This document shows positions 9,374 to 19,030 of a stretch of DNA of 64,000 bases, one piece after another. Origin of the DNA: Cyanobacteria bacterium auto_48_18. GTDB lineage: Bacteria > Cyanobacteriota > Vampirovibrionia > Obscuribacterales > Obscuribacteraceae. Below the pieces are notes generated by a model, which saw only the letters and a list, made by a program, of their open reading frames with translations, did not search any database and was not told where the DNA came from. The stretch lies in assembly GCA_036170915.1 (NCBI GenBank), contig JAVHQC010000036.1:207743-271742 (forward strand), in the 5' to 3' direction. Positions within the stretch are counted from its first letter, which is position 1, and the number at the start of each line of letters is the position of its first letter. A program made the position numbers and the translations under genes.

Positions 9374-9994
9374 ATGGATTTCTTTGGCACAAAAAATACA
9401 CCCGTATCTACTGACGCAGTGGCACAGTGGCTAGTCGACGCCCTTGTAGATGCCGAAATCGAAAGTGATGAAGAAGAAGGTACCGGCGTCTGGTCACAAA
9501 TCGCACTTTATCTCGACAATGGCGAGCCTGTGGCCGAAGTAGACCGCTTCGTTAGAGGTGATGAAGACTTTCATGAATATTTGGCCGATGTTGTGCGCAT
9601 GCTTTTAGATGATGCTGAGCCAGTGATGCCCCATTCGGCCGTGCGCTGGCTCTGTCAGTATATGCACCAGGTGCAAGTGATTTATAGTTTTAAGCCACAT
9701 CAAGCGCTCTATGACGAAAAGGGCTGGGCCATTTTCAATCAAGTCTGGACCAACCTGAAGAAATTAGAGCCAGGTATCGTGCATACTCAAGCTGAAGGCT
9801 TTACTAATGAGTCAGGCGACCAGATTACCTGGGAATTTCCCAAAGGTTCAGTCGGTGACTGGAAAATGGCTGTGCTGAACGACGAAAATGATTGGGTCAA
9901 ATTTACAATGGACCTTGCCAACCTGGAACAGCGTCAGTCATTTCAGGCCGGGAGGCTGCCGGATAATGTTGTCACAGCAGACATCGTCAAATAA
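9374..9994 (+). CDS. Hypothetical acidic protein
   Basis: 206-aa ORF closely following the M28 peptidase gene; no recognised motif. Confidence 0.7.
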   Translation: MDFFGTKNTPVSTDAVAQWLVDALVDAEIESDEEEGTGVWSQIALYLDNGEPVAEVDRFVRGDEDFHEYLADVVRMLLDDAEPVMPHSAVRWLCQYMHQVQVIYSFKPHQALYDEKGWAIFNQVWTNLKKLEPGIVHTQAEGFTNESGDQITWEFPKGSVGDWKMAVLNDENDWVKFTMDLANLEQRQSFQAGRLPDNVVTADIVK

Positions 9995-10006
9995 CCTTTG
10001 CTTTCA

Positions 10007-10032
10007 GGCGGGGATCTAGAGTCGTCCCCGCC
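10007..10032. terminator. Hairpin between convergent genes
   Basis: GGCGGGGA(10007-10014)...TCCCCGCC(10025-10032). Confidence 0.55.
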
Positions 10033-10055
10033 AACTTCGAAGGTTTCAGTCAGGT

Positions 10056-10394
10056 TTAGGCGCTGACCATAATAGGCATTGCTTCTTCGTCTTGTTCGCG
10101 ATGAATTTCGCTAATCAAATAGCGCAGTTCTTTAATATCACCACTAATCTCAGCTTGCTGCAGAGTCAATAAGTTGAGTAAGCGATTGAAAGAAGTCAAA
10201 GCATCGTCGTGTTTGTCGATAGCAAATTGTGTCATGCCGAGATTGTAGATGTAGGGTACAAGTTCGAATGACTCTTCACCAATTTCTTTTGATTTCAGCA
10301 CAAGGGCTTTTTTGTAGAGCTTTTCTGCTTCTACATAGTTACCCTTTTCTTCGTGAAGTTCCGCTCTTTCCGAAACGTCTGCTGAATTTCTCAT
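10056..10394 (-). CDS. Small TPR protein
   Basis: GNYVEAEKLYKKAL, YNLG...DDALTSF. AGGAG RBS upstream. Confidence 0.8.
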   Translation of the reverse strand: MRNSADVSERAELHEEKGNYVEAEKLYKKALVLKSKEIGEESFELVPYIYNLGMTQFAIDKHDDALTSFNRLLNLLTLQQAEISGDIKELRYLISEIHREQDEEAMPIMVSA

Positions 10395-11100
10395 GATGTT
10401 CTCCTAGTATTACCGACAGTGGCACACACCATCGACGTGGCAAGGCCAACGTAGTTGATGTAGTCAGTCGAATATTGGTTGTGTGGTATTTAAGCAGAAA
10501 CCAAAATCGTGTTTTTGTCTGGTTAGACGAACAGCTCTGAAAGAGTGGCTGATGAAGCATCTCTTGCAGTTACCACAACACAGGGAGCCAGGCATTCGGG
10601 CTTCAGAAGAAGGTGCCGAGCTAGGTGCGTATGGAGTTCGATTTCGTTTCTATGCAAACATCATAAGCCCGGTCTCACACTTAACGCAATACGTCATGAA
10701 TGATGCACTTTATATAACGGCGCTATATACAAGTCTGGAAAGGCAAACAGTGTCAACCTCATGAAAACGCCCACTATCAAGCCTCGCAGATGCGTCAAGA
10801 TAAATTCTTCAAATACGTCACAGAGTTAGGGTTTCCAAAAGCTTAAATCACAAGCGCTAAAGATCCGCATGCTGACGGGCTTTTAAGGCGCATGACATGA
10901 ACCCGACATCAAAAGCATATGCTTAATGATCCAAGTTATTGTTCAATCATCTGATTCTAAAGTGGCTGTATTATAGGGTTTCGTAGCAGAAAGCCAGAAG
11001 CGGCTGCCATGTCATCTCTTATATTGTTGCAGCTGCTTTCTTGCTATAACGGCCACATAACACCACCTTCGTGATCCGCGACATATGTATGGAGCATTGA

Positions 11101-12498
11101 ATGACTAATCTCGCCAGCGAAGCGGCATTGGAAACGGGCGGACTGGGCGGTCACCCGCGCGGCCTGAACGTTTTATTTTTTACTGAACTGTGGGAACGCT
11201 TTAGTTATTACGGTATGCGTGCCGTACTGATGCCCTTTATGGTGGCGCCCGCGGTGCTTGGCGGGCTTGGATACACTGATGCACACGCCTCGGATATTTA
11301 CGGTTGGTACACTATGAGCGTTTATCTCGCTTCGATTCCTGGTGGTCTAATAGCGGACCGATTGATCGGAGCAAGGAAAGCAATACTAGTAGGGGGCATC
11401 GTCATAGCTCTCGGCCATTTCACTATGGCAATGCCTAACTTAGTCGGTTTCTTTAGTGGCCTCGCATTGATTGTGCTTGGTACTGGTTTGCTTAAACCAA
11501 ATATAAGCACTATGGTTGGCCGCTTATATCACGCAAATGACGTCCGACGCGATGCCGGTTTCTCAATTTTTTACATGGGCATCAACTTGGGAGCAACCCT
11601 CTCACCGCTAGTCTGCGGACATTTAGCCCAAAGTGATCACTTCAAACAAGTTCTCGCGCAATATGGTTTATCAAAAGAATTGTGCTGGCATTTCGGCTTT
11701 GCAGCAGCTGGCGTCGGTATGTGTCTCGGTCTGGCGCATTTACTCTGGCACTGGCACCTACTAGATAAAATCGGTGGCAAATTTAAATGTGAAGTGCCAC
11801 CGCCGGTTGAAGACGGAGTAGCAAAAAGTGATATATCCAAACCAATGTTCACCTCAGAGGAATGGAAGAAGTTGGGTGCGCTGTTGTGTCTGTTTGTATT
11901 TAACGCATTATTCTGGTCTATATACGAACAAGGCGGTTCGAGCCTTAACTTGTTTGCAGACCGATTGACTGACAATACTTTATTTGGCTTTGCCTTCCCT
12001 TCAAGCTGGCTACAATCATTTCAACCTGCCTACGTAATTGTATTAGCACCAATATTTTCGTGGTTGTGGATTAAGCTAGGCGATAAGCAACCATCTAGCC
12101 CGGCCAAATTTGCCATCGGCCTACTCTTCCTTGGTATTGGTATTGCCGTGATGGTACCGGCCGCGATACTAACTGCTCAGGGTAAAGTCAGCCCCATGTT
12201 TCTTATATCAGTATATTTTATCGAAACTATCGGCGAACTCTGCCTGAGTCCTGTAGGCCTAAGTACAGTGACCAAGCTTGCTCCCGCGCGTTTGGCCAGT
12301 CTGACCATGGGCGGATGGTTTGTTTCCATTGCTATTGGAAATAAAATGGCTGGATTTTTAAGTGGCTATTTTAAATCAGAATCAAGTGACGCCATGGCGT
12401 TCCTGTACGGAGCCATGGCAATTGCCGCCATTGGCGCAGCCGGTTTCCTTGCTACACTGACACCGTTTATCAAAAAACTCATGGGCTCAGTAAAATAA
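11101..12498 (+). CDS. dtpT: Proton-dependent oligopeptide transporter (POT/PTR family)
   Basis: GHPRGL, ELWERFSYYG (ExxERFxYY), GTGLLKPN, FYMGINLG, ELCLSPVGLS. Confidence 0.92.
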   Translation: MTNLASEAALETGGLGGHPRGLNVLFFTELWERFSYYGMRAVLMPFMVAPAVLGGLGYTDAHASDIYGWYTMSVYLASIPGGLIADRLIGARKAILVGGIVIALGHFTMAMPNLVGFFSGLALIVLGTGLLKPNISTMVGRLYHANDVRRDAGFSIFYMGINLGATLSPLVCGHLAQSDHFKQVLAQYGLSKELCWHFGFAAAGVGMCLGLAHLLWHWHLLDKIGGKFKCEVPPPVEDGVAKSDISKPMFTSEEWKKLGALLCLFVFNALFWSIYEQGGSSLNLFADRLTDNTLFGFAFPSSWLQSFQPAYVIVLAPIFSWLWIKLGDKQPSSPAKFAIGLLFLGIGIAVMVPAAILTAQGKVSPMFLISVYFIETIGELCLSPVGLSTVTKLAPARLASLTMGGWFVSIAIGNKMAGFLSGYFKSESSDAMAFLYGAMAIAAIGAAGFLATLTPFIKKLMGSVK

Positions 12499-12525
12499 AC
12501 TTCGATAACTCAAACGAGAAAAATA

Positions 12526-12993
12526 ATGGCATCCAACGATTTAGATTCACCAAAACAACTCTACTTAGACGACTTCAAAGTCGGCGCGGTTTTTACAAGC
12601 GACACTCTCAACATTTCAACAGAACAGATTATAGAATTTGCTCGTCAGTTTGATCCACAACCTTTTCATACCGATGAACAGGCAGCCAAAGATACTTTTT
12701 TCCAAGGCCTGGCCGCCAGCGGCTGGCACACGGCGTCTTTGACAATGTCACTATTGGTAAGAAGCGGATTTCCATGTGCTGGAGCACTTGTAGGCCTCGG
12801 CGCCGACGTTAAATGGCCTATTCCCACAAGGCCAGGCGATAGCCTACACGTAGAGACAGAGGTGTTGGAGATTAAGGCCTTGCGATCTAAACCTGACAAG
12901 GGCATTATTACTTTACGCTGTAGCACCATCAATCAAAATAACGAAGCCGTGCAGATTATGGTGACGAAGGTTTTAATTCCGAAGCGGGCTTGA
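12526..12993 (+). CDS. MaoC-family (hot-dog fold) dehydratase
   Basis: LYLDDF, FARQFDPQPFH, GLAASGWHT, PTRPGD. Confidence 0.9.
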   Translation: MASNDLDSPKQLYLDDFKVGAVFTSDTLNISTEQIIEFARQFDPQPFHTDEQAAKDTFFQGLAASGWHTASLTMSLLVRSGFPCAGALVGLGADVKWPIPTRPGDSLHVETEVLEIKALRSKPDKGIITLRCSTINQNNEAVQIMVTKVLIPKRA

Positions 12994-13010
12994 AATGGAC
13001 ATTTAAAGCA

Positions 13011-15002
13011 TTAGTTGTCGATAGCATCAGCTTCTTTAATCAAAATCGCAGCCTCGGCTTTCTTGCCGATTTGCGTGTGATAATCGGCATAACTACGCAG
13101 GCAGAGTTCAAGTATTTCGTGCGGTGCTTTGCATTTACGTGCAATTTCAAGAGCCTGCGAAAGTTCTGCTCCAGCTTTAGTAACTTGATTGCGATCAATA
13201 TCAAATTGACCCAGTTTAGCCAGAGCACGAGCATATAGCTCTGGGCGGCGATCAGCCTTGTTTTTATATACAGCCACTGCGTCGGCCAGAAGCGGCCGCA
13301 CCCTTTCATACTTGCGCTGTGCTTGCAGACAATCGGCCAGCTGTGTGGCAATTTCCGCCGTCTGCACAGAATCATTGCCGAGACGCTTTCTTGCTACTTC
13401 TAGAGCTTTTGATAAAAGTAGTTCTTCTCTCTCATAAAGATTCTGCCCATGCAGTTTCTTTGACACTGAAAGCAACATCGGCACTTGCGCCTCCGCTTTC
13501 AATTGTGAACTACCATCGGTGTTAGCACTCAGCGGTGTCTTTTCCAGCTTCTCAATCAGCTCAAGCAAATTATCAGCTTCATGAGTGACCCGATCGTTTT
13601 CGATTTGCCTGATTTCGCTGTTGGTTTTTGACAGCGCTTCAGCATGGCCATCCCAGTGCTCGTACAGTTCACTTTTTCTGTCGAGAACCAGATTCAGACG
13701 AACTTTATGATCTCCAAACTGCCGTGCCATCTCCTCAGCTTGATTGAGTTTTTGCTCGGCCAGAGCGTAGTTTTTGTCTTTCAGTGCGCTGTCACCGTCA
13801 GCTAGAGTCAACTGCCAGAGCATCTTTTTCAGTGGCGTTCCTCGATCGTCCGGAGGGCCAGGCCACATTGATATAAATCCAACAATTCCTACCAATAAAG
13901 TCAGGGTCAGGCCGGCCAGGACCCATGGAGCTGTGTGCTTAGCAGTTGCCTGAGCCGACTTTACTGCCGGCCGCGCCGCACTGATACTCGAGATATGAGT
14001 ACGGCTCGAGCCCAATAAAGCAGTGGTGATATAGACAAGAGTGTCGCGCAGTTCGCTCACACTACTGAAGCGCGCCGAAGGATCTTTGGCCATGCACTTA
14101 GCAATAATGTTTTCCAATTCATCAGGCACTTTTGCATCTGGTGCGGACACGTTAATGGGCTTGGCCACCTCACCCACGTGCATGTTCATAGTTTCCAGAA
14201 AACCGCCGCCCACAAAAGGCGGCTCTCCAGCCAGAGTCTCATACATCAAACAGCCAAGGGCATAAATGTCTGAGCGAGCGTCAAGTTCTTTTCCAAGACA
14301 TTGCTCTGGGCTCATATAAATTGGGCTGCCAAAAACTTCGCCGGTCTTTGTTAATTGCTGTTGCTCTTTGCCGGGCTGCGACATTATTTTGGCGATACCA
14401 AAATCTACCAGTCGTACCAGCTCTGAACCATCATCTTGTTTAGTTACGACAACGTTGGCCGGTTTCAAGTCGCGGTGAATAATTCCTCTTTTGTGCGCCG
14501 CTTCCAGGCCGTCACAAATTTGTTTAAAGAGTGATAGAGCACGGTCAAACGGAATGCGACCCTTGCGATCAATCATATCTTTGAGGCTTTCGCCTTCAAG
14601 ACAATCCATAACAAAGAATGGCTCGCCGTCTGGTGTGACGCCAAAGTCATAAACAGTAATGACGTTCTGGTGGCTAAGTGAGCTGGCGGCTTGAGCTTCA
14701 AGTTTAAATCTTTCCAGTGCCACCACATCTTGCTTCAAAACATTGTGCAGCATTTTAATGGCCACAGTTCTGTCCATTAACTTATGCTTGGCTTTATAGA
14801 CCACACTCATGCCGCCCAGTCCTAGAACTGATTCAATCAAATAGCGCTCAGCAAAAACTTTGCCTATCCACGGATCATTCTTCGGGCCGCGCAAAACAGT
14901 CTGATCTTGCGGGCAATTTTCAATAAAACCTTCGTACTGTTGGAAGCACTGCGGACAATACTTTTTCTCAATAGTGACTTTCTGCGTACTTGAATCGTCC
15001 AT
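13011..15002 (-). CDS. Hanks-type Ser/Thr kinase with N-terminal Cys motif, TM helix and C-terminal TPRs
   Basis: CPQC...CPQD, LGLGGMSVVY, VAIK, HRDLKPAN, DFG, YMSPE, then a hydrophobic segment and TPR-like helices. Confidence 0.92.
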   Translation of the reverse strand: MDDSSTQKVTIEKKYCPQCFQQYEGFIENCPQDQTVLRGPKNDPWIGKVFAERYLIESVLGLGGMSVVYKAKHKLMDRTVAIKMLHNVLKQDVVALERFKLEAQAASSLSHQNVITVYDFGVTPDGEPFFVMDCLEGESLKDMIDRKGRIPFDRALSLFKQICDGLEAAHKRGIIHRDLKPANVVVTKQDDGSELVRLVDFGIAKIMSQPGKEQQQLTKTGEVFGSPIYMSPEQCLGKELDARSDIYALGCLMYETLAGEPPFVGGGFLETMNMHVGEVAKPINVSAPDAKVPDELENIIAKCMAKDPSARFSSVSELRDTLVYITTALLGSSRTHISSISAARPAVKSAQATAKHTAPWVLAGLTLTLLVGIVGFISMWPGPPDDRGTPLKKMLWQLTLADGDSALKDKNYALAEQKLNQAEEMARQFGDHKVRLNLVLDRKSELYEHWDGHAEALSKTNSEIRQIENDRVTHEADNLLELIEKLEKTPLSANTDGSSQLKAEAQVPMLLSVSKKLHGQNLYEREELLLSKALEVARKRLGNDSVQTAEIATQLADCLQAQRKYERVRPLLADAVAVYKNKADRRPELYARALAKLGQFDIDRNQVTKAGAELSQALEIARKCKAPHEILELCLRSYADYHTQIGKKAEAAILIKEADAIDN

Positions 15003-15079
15003 GCCAATGCAAACCTGATCTTTGTCTAACCGATAAGTGTATTATATGTCAGCTTTTCAACAAACAGGCGGTATAAAAG

Positions 15080-16186
15080 ATGGGTCGTTTTAATGATCTC
15101 TGGGCCTCCGGCAAGTTTGCTATGCAAAGAAACAAAGAGGCAGACGCATCACGTCTGCGAGAGGCTGCAGAGCGAGCATCAGAGCTTTCTCCAGAGCTTG
15201 CCGTGCCTGATAGCTCAAAGGCGATATTCGACGCGCTTAAGGCCAAGCGCGGACAGGAGACAGGCCGTTGGCTTAACGGGCTGTTACCTGCCAATGTTGA
15301 AAAACCTATGGAAACTCAGGCTGCCAGCACCACGGCTTTTGAAGAGGTGACCGCCTGGATTGACAAGCTGGGTGCTCAATTTGACGAGTTGACCTATGAG
15401 TTTAATAAAAAAGCCATTGGCACAAACCTCTATGTCTCTTGCGAGAAACCAAGGCTTTTTGAGAAAAGAAATGACGACGTCTGGTATAGACCGGTAGAAA
15501 AAAGCTACAAAGGCCGGCTAACTACTCGCGACTGGGCCATGATTGTGCGCGGACAAGAACACAAAATTAGCGTTTTTGTTATTCCCGCAGAAATGGTAAT
15601 GGCTTTTGATACTGATACTATTGGTGAGGACGAAATGCCACCATTGATGGAAATTGCCCGCACCACAGATGGTGCAAATTCTGTCTGGAAAATTGGCGGC
15701 GAAGTTGTACCAATTGAAACCATGCCTCATCTAGCTAAAGAACTTTTTGGCGATTTGATTCGTCTCTCGAGCGGCGTTATGAGCGAAGCTGAGCTCATGG
15801 GCCACCACGAAGCCACCCTATCGCTAGGTGAAAATATAGCAGTAGGCTATCAGCCAGAAGTGAAACCAGTGGCAACGCCGGCAGCGAGTGTTCAAGCGCA
15901 ACAAAATTCGTCTTCAGACGCTGGTGATAATGCGCCTGATCAGGTAATTTCTAAAGCTTGCGATATTGTCGACGAAATTCTTGATCAAGAACTAAAGCAG
16001 CTCTATGCTACAGCTTCGCAATATAAACCTGGAACGCCCGAATCAAGCGCCATTCGCCGCAAAATTTCGGCTACTGAAACCTTCCATAATAAAATTATTG
16101 ATGCTTTTAAAGAATATACTCATGCCATTTTAATCAGCCAATCAAAAGCTGACGTAGGCAATTTAGAACCTGAACTGAGTAAATAA
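15080..16186 (+). CDS. Hypothetical protein (paralogous domain shared with 7825..8490)
   Basis: 368-aa ORF transcribed divergently from the kinase gene; motif pattern shared with 7825..8490. Confidence 0.7.
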   Translation: MGRFNDLWASGKFAMQRNKEADASRLREAAERASELSPELAVPDSSKAIFDALKAKRGQETGRWLNGLLPANVEKPMETQAASTTAFEEVTAWIDKLGAQFDELTYEFNKKAIGTNLYVSCEKPRLFEKRNDDVWYRPVEKSYKGRLTTRDWAMIVRGQEHKISVFVIPAEMVMAFDTDTIGEDEMPPLMEIARTTDGANSVWKIGGEVVPIETMPHLAKELFGDLIRLSSGVMSEAELMGHHEATLSLGENIAVGYQPEVKPVATPAASVQAQQNSSSDAGDNAPDQVISKACDIVDEILDQELKQLYATASQYKPGTPESSAIRRKISATETFHNKIIDAFKEYTHAILISQSKADVGNLEPELSK

Positions 16187-16201
16187 ACTCATTAAAGTCG
16201 A

Positions 16202-16945
16202 CTATTCAGCCAACTTCTCTTTGAGCTCTTTTTCGGCTTCCAATCTGTGTGGCTCGGCTTTAACTGCCGTATGCATACCAACCAGTCGCGCCACCATGAT
16301 TGCCAGATAAAGCTGACCGCTCATGGCCTCTAAACATGAAAGTGCACGTGCCAGGCGGCTTATGGGAATGATATCGCCATAAGCAACAGTGGAAAGAGTG
16401 CAGAAACTAAAATATATCAGCAACGGATAGCGGTCATGCCTCTCTCTACCTGAATCATAGCCTTTGACATTATCACGATAAGAATGAGGATCGTGTATTG
16501 CCACCATCATGTGAATCATGGCAAAACAAAAGCCAATCAACACATAAACACAGGCACCACCACAGATGCGATTAGAATTGATCACACCGGTCAAAATATC
16601 GAGCACCATTATGCGTGCGATGCGCATAAAAAATAAAAGAATCATCGACAAAGACAAAATCTGAAACACCGGCCATTTGAAAGGCACCATGTTGCTGCAA
16701 AAAGCCAGGGTCCAACCTACTGTTGCCAGCACGGCGAGACTGATTGAAAGCAAATCGAGTTTTTCTTCAGTGCGTACCGAAAGTGCTGCTTGCAGCAAAA
16801 CAGACATGAGCAGTATGCCAATTAAAATATGCGACCAGACCGTGTGATCAACCAGCGGTGCCACAAACGAAAGCACAATCACGCTTACGAGCAAGGCGTA
16901 ATAGTGCCTGGGAGTACGCTTTTTAACTGTTACAGGCGACTCCAA
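16202..16945 (-). CDS. Ion channel, K+-channel-like pore (Ion_trans_2) with TVAYGD filter
   Basis: Several TM helices; YFSFCTLSTVAYGDIIP...ARALSCLEAMSGQLY...ARLV. Confidence 0.85.
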   Translation of the reverse strand: MESPVTVKKRTPRHYYALLVSVIVLSFVAPLVDHTVWSHILIGILLMSVLLQAALSVRTEEKLDLLSISLAVLATVGWTLAFCSNMVPFKWPVFQILSLSMILLFFMRIARIMVLDILTGVINSNRICGGACVYVLIGFCFAMIHMMVAIHDPHSYRDNVKGYDSGRERHDRYPLLIYFSFCTLSTVAYGDIIPISRLARALSCLEAMSGQLYLAIMVARLVGMHTAVKAEPHRLEAEKELKEKLAE

Positions 16946-16946
16946 T

Positions 16947-18707
16947 CTATTTGATAGCCTGGCTAATGGCGTCAGATAGCTGTTTTAGCCCGGTTTCAAG
17001 ATTGCCAGTGATGTGGGCTCTCAGGGCGCGGCGTTTGCGGCTGACCAGCACATCAAAATCACCTCGCGCTTGGGCAGCTTTAACGATACCAAAGCTATAT
17101 TTTTGCCCTGGCACCGCCAGATCTTGCTCATCGTCACAAGTAACTTGCAGCACTACACCAGTGTCTGGGCCACCTTTATAAGCCTGGCCGGTGGAGTGTA
17201 AAAAGCGCGGTCCAAAACCAAGGCAAGTGGCAACATGTTTTTTGTCTCGCACCGACAAACGAATCTGCTGAGCAATCTCAACGTGGGCTTGATTCATTTC
17301 AATATAATTGAGAAGAGCAAAATAATCGCCTTTGCTCAATCGGGCCAAATGCGCCTTAAGCAAACCCATAAGAGTGTCAGTGGCGGCAGACTTTTTCAAA
17401 GCATCAATATTGGTTTGATCGCTGAATAGTTTGACTTGACCTTCTTCAAAAAATGCTTTCTCAGCAGGCAAGCTCCCGCTAACTTCATATTCATCAGTCA
17501 ACTCGCGAGTTTTGATTTTGCTTGCTTCTACATCAGGTTGATCAAATGGGTTAATTTCCATCACTGCTCCAGCAACAGCAGTAGCTATTTCGAAGCGGAA
17601 AAATTCACGAGCGAGATTGATTTTATCGCTCAGGGTAATGCAAACCACCGGGTGCCCTTTAGCCTCCAGAGCTTGTAGTCTCTCTTCGATAGCAGCATTA
17701 TCAAGGCCGTTAAAAGCGCCTTTATCACCTTCCAATTTAATAAATACAAAGAGCCTATCGTCACCATAGACACCAGTGTCGGTGCTTAGAGTTTCCAGAT
17801 CAACAGGTATAATCGCCTTGCCTTGTTTACCAGTAGATTCAGCCACGAGTTGCTCTAGCCAGGCACCAAAATCGTGAATGGCTGGCGAAGTGACAATTGT
17901 TAATTTGTTGCGACCAGCCCTGGCTGCCGCTCCCATAATGGCACCAAGCACCAAACCGGGATTTTCGCCATCATTAGACTGGCACTGTTCTGTCATCTCC
18001 TGAGCTTCTGCCAGGAAAGTCTTTAAATCTAAACCAATTAGAGCGGCAGGCACGATACCAAATGGCGACAGAGCTGAATAGCGGCCGCCAATACCAGGGT
18101 AGCCAAGAAAGACGCGGCGGAAATTTTCACTTTTTGCTACTGCTGCCAATTTCGAATTGGGGTCGGTTATGGCAACAAAATGTGAGCCAGCCTTGTCTTC
18201 GCCCACTGTCTGCTTGACCATGGCAAGAAAATGAGCCATATAAATATTCGGTTCAAGGGTGCTGCCCGATTTGCTTGATACCACAAACAAAGTTTTCTTT
18301 GCGTCCACAGTGGCATCAAGATTTCTGATTTGCTGCGGGTCAGTAGAGTCGAGAATGCGCAGGCGCGGATAACCGGGTTGCGAACCGTATGTTACGGCGA
18401 AGACTTCAGGAGCCAGACTGGAGCCGCCCATGCCAAGTAATAGCACATCAGTAAAACCAGCATCTCTTACTTCACGGGCAAAAGCCTCGTAATCAGCCAG
18501 CGCTTTTTGCTGGTCAGCTACAACGTTGAGCCACTCCAACCATTTAGCCTCATCTTTGTTGGTCCACAAGGAAGCGTCTTTTTGCCAGATCTTCTGCACT
18601 TTGTTGCTGCTGGTCCAGTCAGACAAAATTTCAGTAACTGCTGTTGCCAGAGCGGCAGGCAATTTGCGCGAAAGAGCATTAATCGGACTGCTGCTTGTGG
18701 TATTCAT
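16947..18707 (-). CDS. pgi: Glucose-6-phosphate isomerase (Tal-Pgi type PGI domain, no transaldolase part)
   Basis: GMGGSSL, LDSTDP, SKSGSTLE, IGGRYSALS, EQLVAESTGK, NPFDQPDVE, GPRFLHSTGQ. Confidence 0.88.
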   Translation of the reverse strand: MNTTSSSPINALSRKLPAALATAVTEILSDWTSSNKVQKIWQKDASLWTNKDEAKWLEWLNVVADQQKALADYEAFAREVRDAGFTDVLLLGMGGSSLAPEVFAVTYGSQPGYPRLRILDSTDPQQIRNLDATVDAKKTLFVVSSKSGSTLEPNIYMAHFLAMVKQTVGEDKAGSHFVAITDPNSKLAAVAKSENFRRVFLGYPGIGGRYSALSPFGIVPAALIGLDLKTFLAEAQEMTEQCQSNDGENPGLVLGAIMGAAARAGRNKLTIVTSPAIHDFGAWLEQLVAESTGKQGKAIIPVDLETLSTDTGVYGDDRLFVFIKLEGDKGAFNGLDNAAIEERLQALEAKGHPVVCITLSDKINLAREFFRFEIATAVAGAVMEINPFDQPDVEASKIKTRELTDEYEVSGSLPAEKAFFEEGQVKLFSDQTNIDALKKSAATDTLMGLLKAHLARLSKGDYFALLNYIEMNQAHVEIAQQIRLSVRDKKHVATCLGFGPRFLHSTGQAYKGGPDTGVVLQVTCDDEQDLAVPGQKYSFGIVKAAQARGDFDVLVSRKRRALRAHITGNLETGLKQLSDAISQAIK

Positions 18708-19030
18708 CTTGATTACTAATCCTTATTTACATTCTCTAAACTGGTAACTAACCATTTTAATAGCTGCCCATTTTAATGGCTGCCCATCCGATGGGCGAAA
18801 AAGGTGCCTTTTTTTGTAAGGTATTGCGAAACGATATCAGATTGACGACTATTCACCTTTAACAGTTGACGCTTAGTGCAGATGTAGTAGCCTAAGGCAC
18901 TAACCCTCGATAATCACGAACAATCTGGAACAATCAGCAACCGACACTGATAAAATGCACATGTCAAGCAAGCACAAGCCGCTGATCGGGTAGCGTCAAA
19001 CGGAATCCACATGCCCAGGTATAAATTTCA

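Noticed and set aside
10483..10764. 93-aa ORF in the long intergenic region
   Set aside because: No RBS, no recognisable motif and atypical composition.
10730..10910. c-di-GMP-I riboswitch (GGCAAAC present)
   Set aside because: The required GAAA-capped stem and downstream GCAAA/P3 elements do not follow.
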